Below are positions 26,251-36,300 of a DNA stretch of 64,000 nt, one piece after another. The stretch is taken from positions 32,001-96,000 of IMG/VR virus record IMGVR_UViG_3300028578_000003; one strand, given 5' to 3'. Source of the DNA: a virus. The notes under the pieces were generated by a model that worked only from the letters and a program-made list of their open reading frames with translations, was not told where the DNA came from and made no database searches. Both the position numbers and the translations under genes were made by a program. Numbering within the stretch: position 1 is the first letter of the stretch; each line of letters starts with the position of its first letter.

Positions 26251-27840
26251 GTGGAAAAGCCGCAACTCGCCGACGTTGAGCCGCTGCCGGTCCATGCGAC
26301 CAGGCGGCACCCGCTGACTGGCGAACCGATCCGGGCACTGGGCACGACCCGCAATGGGCGCCTGATGTGGCCGGTGATGGGTGGCAGTCAGCCGCTCGGT
26401 GGGCCGGCACCCGGCCCCGTCCAGCAGCAGCCGATGAGCGGCCAGGCCGTCGTTCCTCAGGTTCCGCTGCTGGGCGGCGCGCCGCTGCCGGCCTTCGCCG
26501 CCCCGCCGCAGCAGCAGCAGGTGGGCCCGCCGGGCACCTTCCAGCAGCAAGGCGTTCCGGTGCCGGTGTTCGGTCACCAGATCAATGGCCAGCCGGCCCC
26601 GCCGCCGCAGCAGATGTACGGCCAGGTGCCGCAGCAGATGTACGGCCAGCAGGTCGGGCAGCCGCAGCAGCCTTACGGGCAGCCGGCGTACGGGCAGCCG
26701 CCGTTGGTGTACGGGCAGCCCGGTACGACGTCGTCGTACACGCTGCCGGCCGGCGGGCAGCCGGCGTACGTGCCGGGACCGTTCGGCCAGCCGCCCCAGG
26801 CGCCGCCGGCGCCCGGGCAGCAGCCGGTGGCTCCAGTGAATGGTGGCCAGCCGGCGGGCCAGCAGCCCCCGGCCGGCGGGCAGCAGCCCACCGACGGTGC
26901 TTGGGACCGGCCGTACCCGCAAGGGGTGCCGCTGGACCAGATGACCGACCCGCAGAAGATCGAGTACTGGAAGTACCACTCGCGGCTGAACGAGAACCGG
27001 CTGCGCCAGTACGGCGACTACGAGCAGATCAAGGCCCATCGGGACCAGCTGCAGGCCATGACGGCGACCGAGTGGTCTCGCGCCGTGGAGGCCGCCAAGC
27101 AGCAGGGCCGCACGGAGGCGCTGGATCAGGCCTCCTCGCAGATGGTCGCGGTCGCGTTCCAGGGCGCGGCGTCCAACCGGATGTCGCCGGACCAGATCAC
27201 GGCACAGCTGAACGTGCTGGACCCGAAGCGGTTCGTCCACAACGGCAACGTGGACATCGCGTCGATCCAGGCGTACGTCGACATGATCGCGCCGCCGCGG
27301 CAGCCGGGTCTTGTGCCGATCTTGCCGCACCAGCAGCCCTACGGGCAGGCGCTGCCGTTGCAGCACGTCCAGGTGGGGCAGGCGTTGCAGCCGGGCCAGC
27401 TCGGATATGGGCAGCAGCCCACGTTCGGTCCGCTCGGCGCGGCGGCCGGCCAGCCCGGCTACGGGCAGGTGCCGCCTCAGTACGCGGGCCAGCAGCAGGT
27501 TCCGGGCTACGGCCAAGTCCCTGCCGGGTACGGGCAGGTGCCGCCCGGCCAGCCGGGCTATGCGCAGGTGCCGGCCGGTCAGCCCGGGTACGGGCAGGTC
27601 CCGATCCCGGGTGTGCCGCCGGTGTTCCAGCCGGCGGCGCCGGTACCGGTCCCGGTGGTCGGCATGGCTGGGCTGCACGGCCTGCCGACGATCAACGGCC
27701 TGCCCGCGGCGAGCGACTTCGGGCAGGGCCCAGCGGTCCTGGGGGCCCCGGCCAACCCGCAGCAGTCCGGCGCGGCGATGGCCGCGGCCCGGCACGGCAA
27801 GACGCGGTCGCAGCAGCTCGCGGAGACGCGCGGGGCCTGA
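26251..27840 (+). CDS. capsid scaffolding protein with long Q/P/G/Y low-complexity arms
   Basis: Core [10 protein letters not shown]...[10 protein letters not shown]...LDPKRFV..G.VD is actinophage scaffold-like; upstream of decoration and MCP genes. Confidence 0.8.
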   Translation: MEKPQLADVEPLPVHATRRHPLTGEPIRALGTTRNGRLMWPVMGGSQPLGGPAPGPVQQQPMSGQAVVPQVPLLGGAPLPAFAAPPQQQQVGPPGTFQQQGVPVPVFGHQINGQPAPPPQQMYGQVPQQMYGQQVGQPQQPYGQPAYGQPPLVYGQPGTTSSYTLPAGGQPAYVPGPFGQPPQAPPAPGQQPVAPVNGGQPAGQQPPAGGQQPTDGAWDRPYPQGVPLDQMTDPQKIEYWKYHSRLNENRLRQYGDYEQIKAHRDQLQAMTATEWSRAVEAAKQQGRTEALDQASSQMVAVAFQGAASNRMSPDQITAQLNVLDPKRFVHNGNVDIASIQAYVDMIAPPRQPGLVPILPHQQPYGQALPLQHVQVGQALQPGQLGYGQQPTFGPLGAAAGQPGYGQVPPQYAGQQQVPGYGQVPAGYGQVPPGQPGYAQVPAGQPGYGQVPIPGVPPVFQPAAPVPVPVVGMAGLHGLPTINGLPAASDFGQGPAVLGAPANPQQSGAAMAAARHGKTRSQQLAETRGA

Positions 27841-27910
27841 CGGCCCTCGCGTGGTGGTGCCGGCCCGACCTCCCATCCACATCGAGAGAAGGTAAGGAGC
27901 AGTACCCGCT

Positions 27911-28636
27911 ATGGACATTTCTGTCCGCAAGACCAGTCCACTCGTCGTGGAGGACCGGTCGTGGCTGGGGGACGTCGACGGCACGCAGGCGACGCGTCCC
28001 ATCACCCTGCACACGGCCAGCTTCGTCAAGGCGACCCACTTCCCCGACGGGGTCCTCAAGTCCGGGACGGTGGTGGCGCGGTACGAGTCCGGCGCCAACG
28101 TCGGGCTGTGGGCGCCGTACGCGGGCCGTACCTCCGAGGTGCAGTCGGTGACCATCACCGGCGGGCCGACCGGCGGCACGTTCACGCTGACGCTGTCTGG
28201 TGAGACGACGGCCGCGATCGCGTTCGACGCGACCGCGGCCACCGTCCGCGCGGCCCTGGAGGCGCTGCCCAGCGTCTCGGCCGGCGACGTCACGGTGACC
28301 GGCGCGGCCGGTGGCCCGTACACGGTGACGTTCGGTGGCACGTTCGCCGGCGCGAACGTGCCGGCGATGACCGCGTCGGGCGCTGGCCTGACCGGCGGTA
28401 GCACGCCGGGCGTCACCATCGCCACGCCGACCCCGGGTGGCTCGACCGCCACGAACGGGCTGGAGGTCCCCCGGGGCTTCCTGTTCAACAGCATCCAGAT
28501 GGCGGAGGGCGACGCGAACAAGGGCGCCCCGCTGATGGAGCGCGGCTTCATCCGGCCGGCGTACCTGCCCACCAACCACGGGCTGGACGCGGCGGCGCGG
28601 GCGCTGCTGGCCAACCACTTCATCTTCCGGGACTGA
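27911..28636 (+). CDS. head decoration protein with inserted beta-rich domain
   Basis: EDRSWL, HFPDG.LKSG, GFLF, G.I....LP; inserted EVQSVTITGGPTGGTFTL...GGPYTVTF. Confidence 0.75.
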   Translation: MDISVRKTSPLVVEDRSWLGDVDGTQATRPITLHTASFVKATHFPDGVLKSGTVVARYESGANVGLWAPYAGRTSEVQSVTITGGPTGGTFTLTLSGETTAAIAFDATAATVRAALEALPSVSAGDVTVTGAAGGPYTVTFGGTFAGANVPAMTASGAGLTGGSTPGVTIATPTPGGSTATNGLEVPRGFLFNSIQMAEGDANKGAPLMERGFIRPAYLPTNHGLDAAARALLANHFIFRD

Positions 28637-28651
28637 GAGGAGTCAACGTCC

Positions 28652-29695
28652 ATGTACATCGATGACTACATCAGCCCCGCGGAGCTGACCTGGTACGCGC
28701 GGGAGCTGCCGACGCCGCAGCAGAACATCCTCGAGCGGTTCCTGCCGGACGTGCAGATCAACCACCTCGAGGCGGAGATCGGCGAGGTTCAGAAGACGAA
28801 CCGCGCGGCACACTTCCGCACATGGGACACGCCGGTGCAAATCGGAAAGCGCGACACATTTGAGACACGTCGCGTCAAGATCCCCCCCCTCGGGCAGACC
28901 CTTCCCGTAGGGGAGTACGAGCACCTGCAGCTCGCGCTCGCGCGCACGGGCGGCAACGACCGCGCCGCCATGATCGAGGAGATTTACAAGGATACGGACA
29001 ACAATGTCCGTTCTATCCACAATCGGATCGAGATCGCGCGCGGCGACGTCCTCATGGACGGCAAATTCACACTCGTCAATGAGGACGGTCTGACGCTGGA
29101 GGCCGACTTCGGCCTGCCCGTCGGCAACAGCGTCACCCCGTCCGGCCAGCTGTGGAGCCACGCCGACGCCAAGCCGCTCACCGACATGCGCGCGTGGATG
29201 CTCGCGTACGCCCAGCTGAACGGCAGCCGCCCCGGCTACGCGGTGATGGGCGAGGGGATCATCTCGGCGCTGGAGGCCAACGCGGAGGTCCGCCAGGCCG
29301 CCTCGTACGGCGGGAACATCCTGCTCCCGTTCGTCACCGACGCCGAACTCGCGGCGATCTGGTCGAAGAACCGGTTCCCCCCGATCGTGCCCTACGACAC
29401 GGTGATCGACTACAACGGCAGCAACAAGCGGGTGCTGGACGAGAACAAGATCCTGTTCCTGCCGGCCAACCCCCGTGACCTGGGCTTCACCGCCTGGGGC
29501 ATCACGGCTGAGGCGTTGGCCCTGATGGGCTCCAACAACCCGCAGATCACCTTCCAGCAGGCGCCCGGGATCGTGGCCGTGACCACGCGCCTGGGCAACC
29601 CGCCCCGCGTGTGGACCCAGGCCGGCGCGACGGCGATGCCGATGATCACCGACATTCGCAAGCTCATGGTGGCCGAGGTCCTGGCGGACGCCTGA
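28652..29695 (+). CDS. major capsid protein (lambda gpE-like)
   Basis: LERFLP, A.FR.WD, IPPLGQ, RIE.ARG.VL..GK, DFG, WG.TAEA, AMP. Confidence 0.88.
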   Translation: MYIDDYISPAELTWYARELPTPQQNILERFLPDVQINHLEAEIGEVQKTNRAAHFRTWDTPVQIGKRDTFETRRVKIPPLGQTLPVGEYEHLQLALARTGGNDRAAMIEEIYKDTDNNVRSIHNRIEIARGDVLMDGKFTLVNEDGLTLEADFGLPVGNSVTPSGQLWSHADAKPLTDMRAWMLAYAQLNGSRPGYAVMGEGIISALEANAEVRQAASYGGNILLPFVTDAELAAIWSKNRFPPIVPYDTVIDYNGSNKRVLDENKILFLPANPRDLGFTAWGITAEALALMGSNNPQITFQQAPGIVAVTTRLGNPPRVWTQAGATAMPMITDIRKLMVAEVLADA

Positions 29696-29738
29696 GCCGG
29701 ACCCAGCCACCTGAACAGCGAGAACGAGGAGGAGATCG

Positions 29739-30086
29739 ATGGGCGGCACACTCGCGCGCACCATCTACCACGCCGGCCGCAAGTACCTGGCCGGCACGAC
29801 GTCCGAGGAGATCGGCGCCGTCGCCGCGGAGTTCGGCGACCACGTCTGGGAGGGCGGCCGCAAGCCGGACGACCTGCCCACGCCGGAGGACATCGAGCAG
29901 GGCCCCGCGGGGGGCGTGCTGGCGGGCTCACCGCCGGTGCCCTCGCCGACTGCGCTGCCCTCGCCGGCCGGGGCGCAGACCCTCGCCGGGGCCGCCGGAG
30001 CACCCGCGCCAGTGGTCGACGGCGGCACCGACGATCCAGCCAAGAAGGCGCCGCCGGCCAAGAAGGCCGCGCCGCCGGCGAAGTAG
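29739..30086 (+). CDS. hypothetical virion-associated protein
   Basis: SD GAGGAGGAG; immediately after MCP. Confidence 0.7.
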   Translation: MGGTLARTIYHAGRKYLAGTTSEEIGAVAAEFGDHVWEGGRKPDDLPTPEDIEQGPAGGVLAGSPPVPSPTALPSPAGAQTLAGAAGAPAPVVDGGTDDPAKKAPPAKKAAPPAK

Positions 30087-30174
30087 CACCGCATACGGAT
30101 GTGATGTGCGCGGGCCCGGATCGGCCCGCGCACATCCATGTCTTCGCCCCACGCCGAAGAAGAGAAGGAAAGCC

Positions 30175-30489
30175 ATGGGTGTGTTCGTACTCGCCAACGA
30201 GTGCCGCTGGTATTGCCCCAACTGCCCTCAGACCGCCGTAACCCATGACGCCGAGCCACACACCCGATTCCACACCTGCGGCGGGTTGCGTGGTCTGACC
30301 GCGCCGATGGTGCGGGCCGGTGTGCGCTGCAAGGTCGAGGCGATGGATCGGCAGGACTACGTCGGTAAGGACCTGGTCCAGACCGACGCCTACGGCCGGC
30401 CGGTCATGTCCGTGGTGACCACCCGCGATGACGGCACCGACTGCGCGGTCTACGCCCCTACGGCGACACTGTCGCTACGGGATCTGTAA
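30175..30489 (+). CDS. small Cys/His-rich protein
   Basis: SD GAAGGA; W.CPNC...FHTC. Confidence 0.7.
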   Translation: MGVFVLANECRWYCPNCPQTAVTHDAEPHTRFHTCGGLRGLTAPMVRAGVRCKVEAMDRQDYVGKDLVQTDAYGRPVMSVVTTRDDGTDCAVYAPTATLSLRDL

Positions 30490-30769
30490 AACGCGGCCAG
30501 CCCACGAATTCCACGGCCACCGGAAAGCACACGTGGGCGGTGTCCCCCGATGAAAGACCGCGCAGCTTCATCATGTCTTCGGCCGCCAGGTTCCACGGCG
30601 CGGTACCGACCAGTGCTCCGTCGCGATCGTGGATCCGCACCTCGCTCGCGGCCGGGAATTCGACCGGTGCGGCGAGCGGCCCCAACCAGAAGTTGATTAG
30701 TCCCTGCGCCAGGGTGATCCGCCCAATCGGGTAGATCCGCTCGTCAATTACCAACGTTCCGACTGACAC
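30458..30769 (-). CDS. hypothetical protein (antisense)
   Basis: 103-aa ORF filling the gap; protein-like composition. Confidence 0.5.
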   Translation of the reverse strand: MSVGTLVIDERIYPIGRITLAQGLINFWLGPLAAPVEFPAASEVRIHDRDGALVGTAPWNLAAEDMMKLRGLSSGDTAHVCFPVAVEFVGWPRFTDPVATVSP

Positions 30770-30818
30770 CCGTCAAGCCTACAAACCCGCGCGGGCGGGC
30801 GGACTTTTGGGGGTACCG

Positions 30819-31043
30819 ATGGATACAAGGATCGTGACCGGCGGGCCTATGTCGCCGGATCAGGAACAGGAACACCGGCAGCGGCAGCTCGAAACATATG
30901 TGGCCGAGGCGGACCAGGCCGTCCAGGTCATCCGGGAAAAGCTCGCCGGAATGCAGCAGGCCCTCGAGGCGGCCGAGACCGAGGCGCAGCGGCTACGCGC
31001 CGAGCTCGACCTGGTCCGCTCCGAACAGAAGGGCGGTCAGTGA
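30819..31043 (+). CDS. short coiled-coil protein
   Basis: Heptad-rich E/Q/L/A sequence. Confidence 0.65.
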   Translation: MDTRIVTGGPMSPDQEQEHRQRQLETYVAEADQAVQVIREKLAGMQQALEAAETEAQRLRAELDLVRSEQKGGQ

Positions 31044-31044
31044 C

Positions 31045-31527
31045 ATGGCGTGGAGCGACAGCAGGATCTTCCGGGAATGGGCCGTCGGGCCGATGATGCA
31101 GGCGGCCGGCACCTCATACACCGGCCTCGACAGCGACACCGCTTCGGTGGCGCTGTTCAACAACAGCGTGACACCGGACCGGGACGCCGCGGTCGCGAAC
31201 ACCGGGTTCAACACCGGCACCTGGGTCACCGCCAACGAGGTGACCGACGCAACGAACTGGGTCTCCGGCGGCCGGAACCTGGCATCGAAGACATTCACCA
31301 CTCCCGCGACGGGTGTGGCGATGTTCGACGCCGCGGACCTGGCCGGCGGCGGCAACGTCACCCTCGCCGACGTGCACGGGTGCCTGGTGTACGACAACTC
31401 GATCACCGGCGGCACCGTGGCCGACCAGGGCGTCTGCTACAACTACTTCGGCGGTGCGCAGGCTGTCACCGCTGGCCAGTTCACGATCGTCTGGTCGGTG
31501 AACGGGATCAAGCGCATCACGGTGTGA
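31045..31527 (+). CDS. putative virion structural protein
   Basis: MAWSDSRIF...FDAAD...FGG...FTIVW..NGI; Gly/Thr/Ala-rich. Confidence 0.7.
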   Translation: MAWSDSRIFREWAVGPMMQAAGTSYTGLDSDTASVALFNNSVTPDRDAAVANTGFNTGTWVTANEVTDATNWVSGGRNLASKTFTTPATGVAMFDAADLAGGGNVTLADVHGCLVYDNSITGGTVADQGVCYNYFGGAQAVTAGQFTIVWSVNGIKRITV

Positions 31528-31534
31528 TGCCGCC

Positions 31535-32422
31535 ATGCCTATCGCGATCGGGTACACAAGGCATTTCAACCCGGTGCTGGCCGTCAACCCGGCAGCTGGT
31601 CTGGCCACCGGTGTCGGCGCCGCTTACGGGGCATCGGCCGGCGACGGGGGGTGGCCCACCCCGACCACCGTCGGTGTTCCGTCCGGCGCCGAGCTGACCG
31701 ACTGGACGGGCGACACCGAGATCGGCCCCGGCACGTACGAGGGCATCCGCTTCCCTTTGCGGATGGGCATCTCGGCCGCGGCGACCACGTCAAGCTTCCC
31801 GACGTTCTCGTTCTGTCACTTCGAGCAGGGGTTGAACAATTTCGCGTCCGGCGGCGGCCGGCGTTTCTACGTCGCCGACTGCACGTTTGGCATGGATGAC
31901 TCCTGCTGGCCTGATTTTGTGTTGGGCTGCCAGGACTTCGACGCGGTTCGTTGCGCTGTTTACGGCTCGGACGGCGTGCGGTGGTCGCAGCACAACTGGG
32001 ATGAGGGGCACCGATACAGCCTGACGGATTGTTTCATCCGTAGCTGCGCGGTGTTCCCCGCACACGGCGACGGCCTCCAGGCGGACGGATCTGACGGCCC
32101 ACTGGACCTTTTCCATTGCACCGTTGACATGCGGGGCACCAACAGCACCGCGTGCGTGTTTTGGGGCGACTTCGCCACCATTCCGGACGGCCACGACGGC
32201 GCCATCCTTGATGGTTGCCTGTTCGTCGGCGAGGAGTACTTTGGCACCAAGATGAGCCAGGGTGTCCGGCACCAGATCCGCGACTGCGTCTACGTCGGCT
32301 GGGATGTCGGCGGCGAAAACGACGCCGCCTTCAACGCCAACATCTCCGTCTTCGAAAACAACCGGGTCGGGACGATAACCGGCGACTACGAGGTGACGGT
32401 CGGCGACCTGTTGGCCGCGTAG
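31535..32422 (+). CDS. putative right-handed beta-helix (depolymerase-like) protein A
   Basis: Periodic xxCxF/xxCxV strands; HGDGLQ motif. Confidence 0.6.
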   Translation: MPIAIGYTRHFNPVLAVNPAAGLATGVGAAYGASAGDGGWPTPTTVGVPSGAELTDWTGDTEIGPGTYEGIRFPLRMGISAAATTSSFPTFSFCHFEQGLNNFASGGGRRFYVADCTFGMDDSCWPDFVLGCQDFDAVRCAVYGSDGVRWSQHNWDEGHRYSLTDCFIRSCAVFPAHGDGLQADGSDGPLDLFHCTVDMRGTNSTACVFWGDFATIPDGHDGAILDGCLFVGEEYFGTKMSQGVRHQIRDCVYVGWDVGGENDAAFNANISVFENNRVGTITGDYEVTVGDLLAA

Positions 32423-32436
32423 GGAGGGGTGCAGGT

Positions 32437-33348
32437 ATGCCGGTCGCGATTCATTACAGCCGCCACTTCAACCCCGTCCTGGCCGGTGCCCCCGCCGCCG
32501 CGTTCACCCTGGGCACTCAGGTCGGCGTCCCCACCGGTACGTCGCTGACACCGACCGAGGATCTACCGTCCCCCGACGCTACCGAGACGATCACTCTCAC
32601 CCATCCGGTCACCGGCGCCACCCGCGACGTCGAGGTGCTGGTGTGGCAGGACCGATTGTGGACGGACCGGCTCAGCCTGTCGCCCGGCGTTGGGGAGACG
32701 TACCTGTTCCGCCGCTGCGAATGGGATGTGACCGGCGGCGGCGGCAACTTCTTCGCCGTCGACGTCGACCCGACCAACGGGGCCGAAGACCAGATGGAGC
32801 CGCTGGTCATCATGCGGGACTGCACCTTGCTGGGTACGTTGACCGACCGGGTCCTGCACGCCAGTCACATGTGGCTGGAACGCACACATGTGGAGGGCAC
32901 CGACGACGCCTGGTACGGCATGTCCCACTCGGTGGCGGCGGTGTGCAACTTCATCGCGCGGGCGGGCGCGGAGGGCTCACACTGCGACGCTGTGCAGTCG
33001 GTCGCCGGTGGAAACTTCACCCTGTGGCGGCCGTGGATGGAGGCCGAGGAAGCCTTCCCCGAGGCGGCGGAGGCGACCAGCAACGCGGCACTACGCATCG
33101 GGACCGACGTCGCTGCGATCGATGGCGTGACGGTCCGGTACGCGGGCCTGTCCGGTGGCGGGTACTCGCTGCAGGTGCGAGGCGACCCGCCACTCCTGGT
33201 CTCCAATGTGGACGTTCAGGGGTGTCGGTGGCTGGATGACGCACGCTTCGGCCCGGTCGACTTCGGTGAGCCCGGTGAGGTCACCGACGTGACCTGGAGC
33301 GACAACGCGTACGTGCTCGGCGGCGACACCATCACATCGCCGGTCTGA
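32437..33348 (+). CDS. putative right-handed beta-helix (depolymerase-like) protein B
   Basis: HCDAVQ, GGGYSL; N-terminus shared with protein A. Confidence 0.6.
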   Translation: MPVAIHYSRHFNPVLAGAPAAAFTLGTQVGVPTGTSLTPTEDLPSPDATETITLTHPVTGATRDVEVLVWQDRLWTDRLSLSPGVGETYLFRRCEWDVTGGGGNFFAVDVDPTNGAEDQMEPLVIMRDCTLLGTLTDRVLHASHMWLERTHVEGTDDAWYGMSHSVAAVCNFIARAGAEGSHCDAVQSVAGGNFTLWRPWMEAEEAFPEAAEATSNAALRIGTDVAAIDGVTVRYAGLSGGGYSLQVRGDPPLLVSNVDVQGCRWLDDARFGPVDFGEPGEVTDVTWSDNAYVLGGDTITSPV

Positions 33349-33389
33349 CCTTCCCCTGTCGGGCACAGCCGGGATGGGGGTGATCCGCC

Positions 33390-36300
33390 GTGGCCGTCCG
33401 TCACCTTGACGGGACCAACGACCGAATCCTCTGCAACCTCGGCTCAGGCGCGGTCGGTGCGATGACCTACGCGGCGTTCATCAAACGCGGCGCTGACAAC
33501 GCGTGGCACCACGTCATGGGCCTGCACACGACCGCTGGCGCGCAGAACGTTACGGCTCTTGAGATCAGTGGTGGCAACAACCGCCTGAACTACAACGTGG
33601 ACTCCGGCAGCGGCGGAGTGGAATCGCCGATCACGGTCACCGTCTCCGACGGTTGGGTGGTCGTAGCTGTCACCAAGGCCACTGGAACCGCCACACCACG
33701 GTTCCACAAGGTTGTTCCCGGCGGGTCGGCGGAGCACGAGGACGCCTTCGGCACGGCCGTCAACGCCGCCCGTACCCCGGCCTGCTGGAGCATCGGCGAG
33801 TGGGAGGGCACCGACGACTTCAACGGGCGGATCGCGGTCGTCGCGGCGTGGAACTCGGTGCTTACCAACGGACAGATCGAGGCGCTAGCCGGATCCGAAC
33901 AAGCCTGGATTGACGCCGACCCGGACACGCTGCTGCTGCTCGACCAGGCGTCAACCGCGACGCCCGTCGTGGACCTGACCGGCGGCGGCGCCGACGAAAC
34001 CGCGCTCACCGGCACGTCGGTGATCGACGGCGACGACCCGCCCGGCTTCGGCAGCGCGCCCATCCGCCTCGCCGTCGAGACGAGCCCGTGGGTGAATAGC
34101 GCGGTATTCACGCACACGCTGGACGCGGTCGCCCGGGTCGATGACGTGCTCTACGTGGCCCACTACACGCAGGGCAGCGGCGGCGCCAACATGCTCGAAC
34201 CGACGAGCCCCGCCGGCACCTGGAACCTGCTGGGGACCGCCAGCGAAGTGGGTTGGGCACCCGCCATCAAGCTCTGGTCGATCAAGCTGACCAGCGGCAA
34301 CATCGACGGCGGGCACCCCACGATCACGATCCCGCAGAACGGCGCGAGCTCCCACCGGGCCGACATCCTGCTGGCCCGAAACGCCTCGGAAACCCCCGAG
34401 GACGTCCAGGTCTCGACCGGGGACAGCACATCCGGGCATGTCACGCCGGCCGCCGATGCGGACACCGTCGGCGCGATCGTGTGGCGTCAGGTGGTCACCC
34501 GCGGCGGCGACACCGGCACCTACGACTGGCCCACTTCGGCGGAGAAGACCGACTCGGCCACCGGCTCCGGATCCGGCGGCGGTGTCGCCTCCTCGGCCAC
34601 CAGGACCAGCTCCGCGACCGGGTCGCAAGGCACCGAGACCGTCACCGGATCCGCTGTCACCGCGTGGGGCGAGAACGCGGCCGCCACCCTCACCATCGGC
34701 TCGGCGACTGCGGACACCCAGGCGGCGGCCGGGAACGCGGCGGCCACGGGCACCGCGTACCAGGCGACCGTCTCCACCAACCAGATCCACAAGGCCGGCG
34801 ACCGGGGCTCCGCGCAGAACCTGACCTCCGAGACGTCCACGCTGGTCGACCTGCCGTCCGGGTCGCAGATCGCCGTCGGGTCGTTCCTGGTCGCCCGGGT
34901 CGCGGCCGACAACGCCGGCACCAACGGCGCCGCCGTCACGCTCACGGTCACCGACCCGCGGTCACACACGTGGACGATCCTCGGGCCGGCCAACGCCGAC
35001 CCTGGGGCGGCCAACGCCGGCGCCACCTGCTGGATCGCCTACACCCAGGTCGTCACCGCCTACTCCGACGGCGACGACCTGACCGTCGGGTACAGCGGTG
35101 TGAGCGTGCCCGCGAAAGCGATCGTGGTCGAGGAGTGGCGCAACATCGGCGGCGTCGCCGTGGCGGCGACCACGGCCACCGGCGCGTCCGGCACACCGTC
35201 GATCTCCCGAACCCCCACCGCCGCCCTGCAGCTGCTGTACACGGCGATGGCGGTGGAGGGCCCGGCCGGCGACACGTACACGCAGGACTCCGACACCACC
35301 GACGGGTCGTGGGCGACGAACACGAGCCTGTCCACGGCGTCGGGTACGGCCGCGTCGAACCAGACGATCCGCGGCGCCTACAAGATCGTGTCCGGGACCG
35401 GGGCGCAGACGTGGAATCCGACGATCACGTCCCGGGACTGGGCGGCGGTCGCGGTCGTCTTCGCGCTGGCTGTTCATGCGCCGGCTGGTGCGGCGGCCGG
35501 GTCCGGTACCGCGTATGACGCGACCGTGTCCACCGCCGGGGGTGTCAGCCCGAACGCCGGCACGGCCACCGGCACAGGTGTGGCGCATGGCGCGGCAGCG
35601 TCGGTGGCGGCCAACGCTGGTCACGCGGCCGGAACCGGTGTCGCGCACGCGGCGTCGACGTCGGTGGCGGCCGGCGCCGGCGCCGCCTCCGCTACCGGGG
35701 TGGCGCACTTCGAGCCGGGGACCAGCATCAGCGTCACCCTGATCGCGGACAGCCCGGTCGAGGCGACCGGCACCGCCTACGACGCCACCGTGAGCACCGC
35801 CGTGGACGTCGAGACGAACGCCGGTGCGGCCACCGCGGCGGGTGTCGCGCATGGGCCGTCGACGTCGGTCGCGGCCGGCGCCGGCACGGTCACCGGCACA
35901 GGTGTGGCGCATGGCGCGGCAGCGTCGGTGGCGGCCAACGCTGGTCACGCGGCCGGAACCGGTGTCGCGCACGCGGCGTCGACGCCGGTCGCGACCGGCG
36001 CCAGCACGGCCACCGGCACAGGTGTGGCGCATGGCGCGGCAGCGTCGGTCTCGGCAGGCCCCGGTACAGCCACTGCGGCGGGTGTCGCGCATGGGCCGTC
36101 GACGTCGGTCGCGACCAACACTGGTGCGGCCACCGGCACCGGGGTGGCGCACTTCGAGCCGGGCACCAGCATCAGCCTCACCCTGATCGCGGACAGCCCG
36201 GTCGAGGCGACCGGCACCGCCTACGACGCCACCGTGAGCTCGAGCGCGGTCGTTCACGCCGATGCCGGGCACGCGACCGGAACCGGTGTCGCCCACGCGG

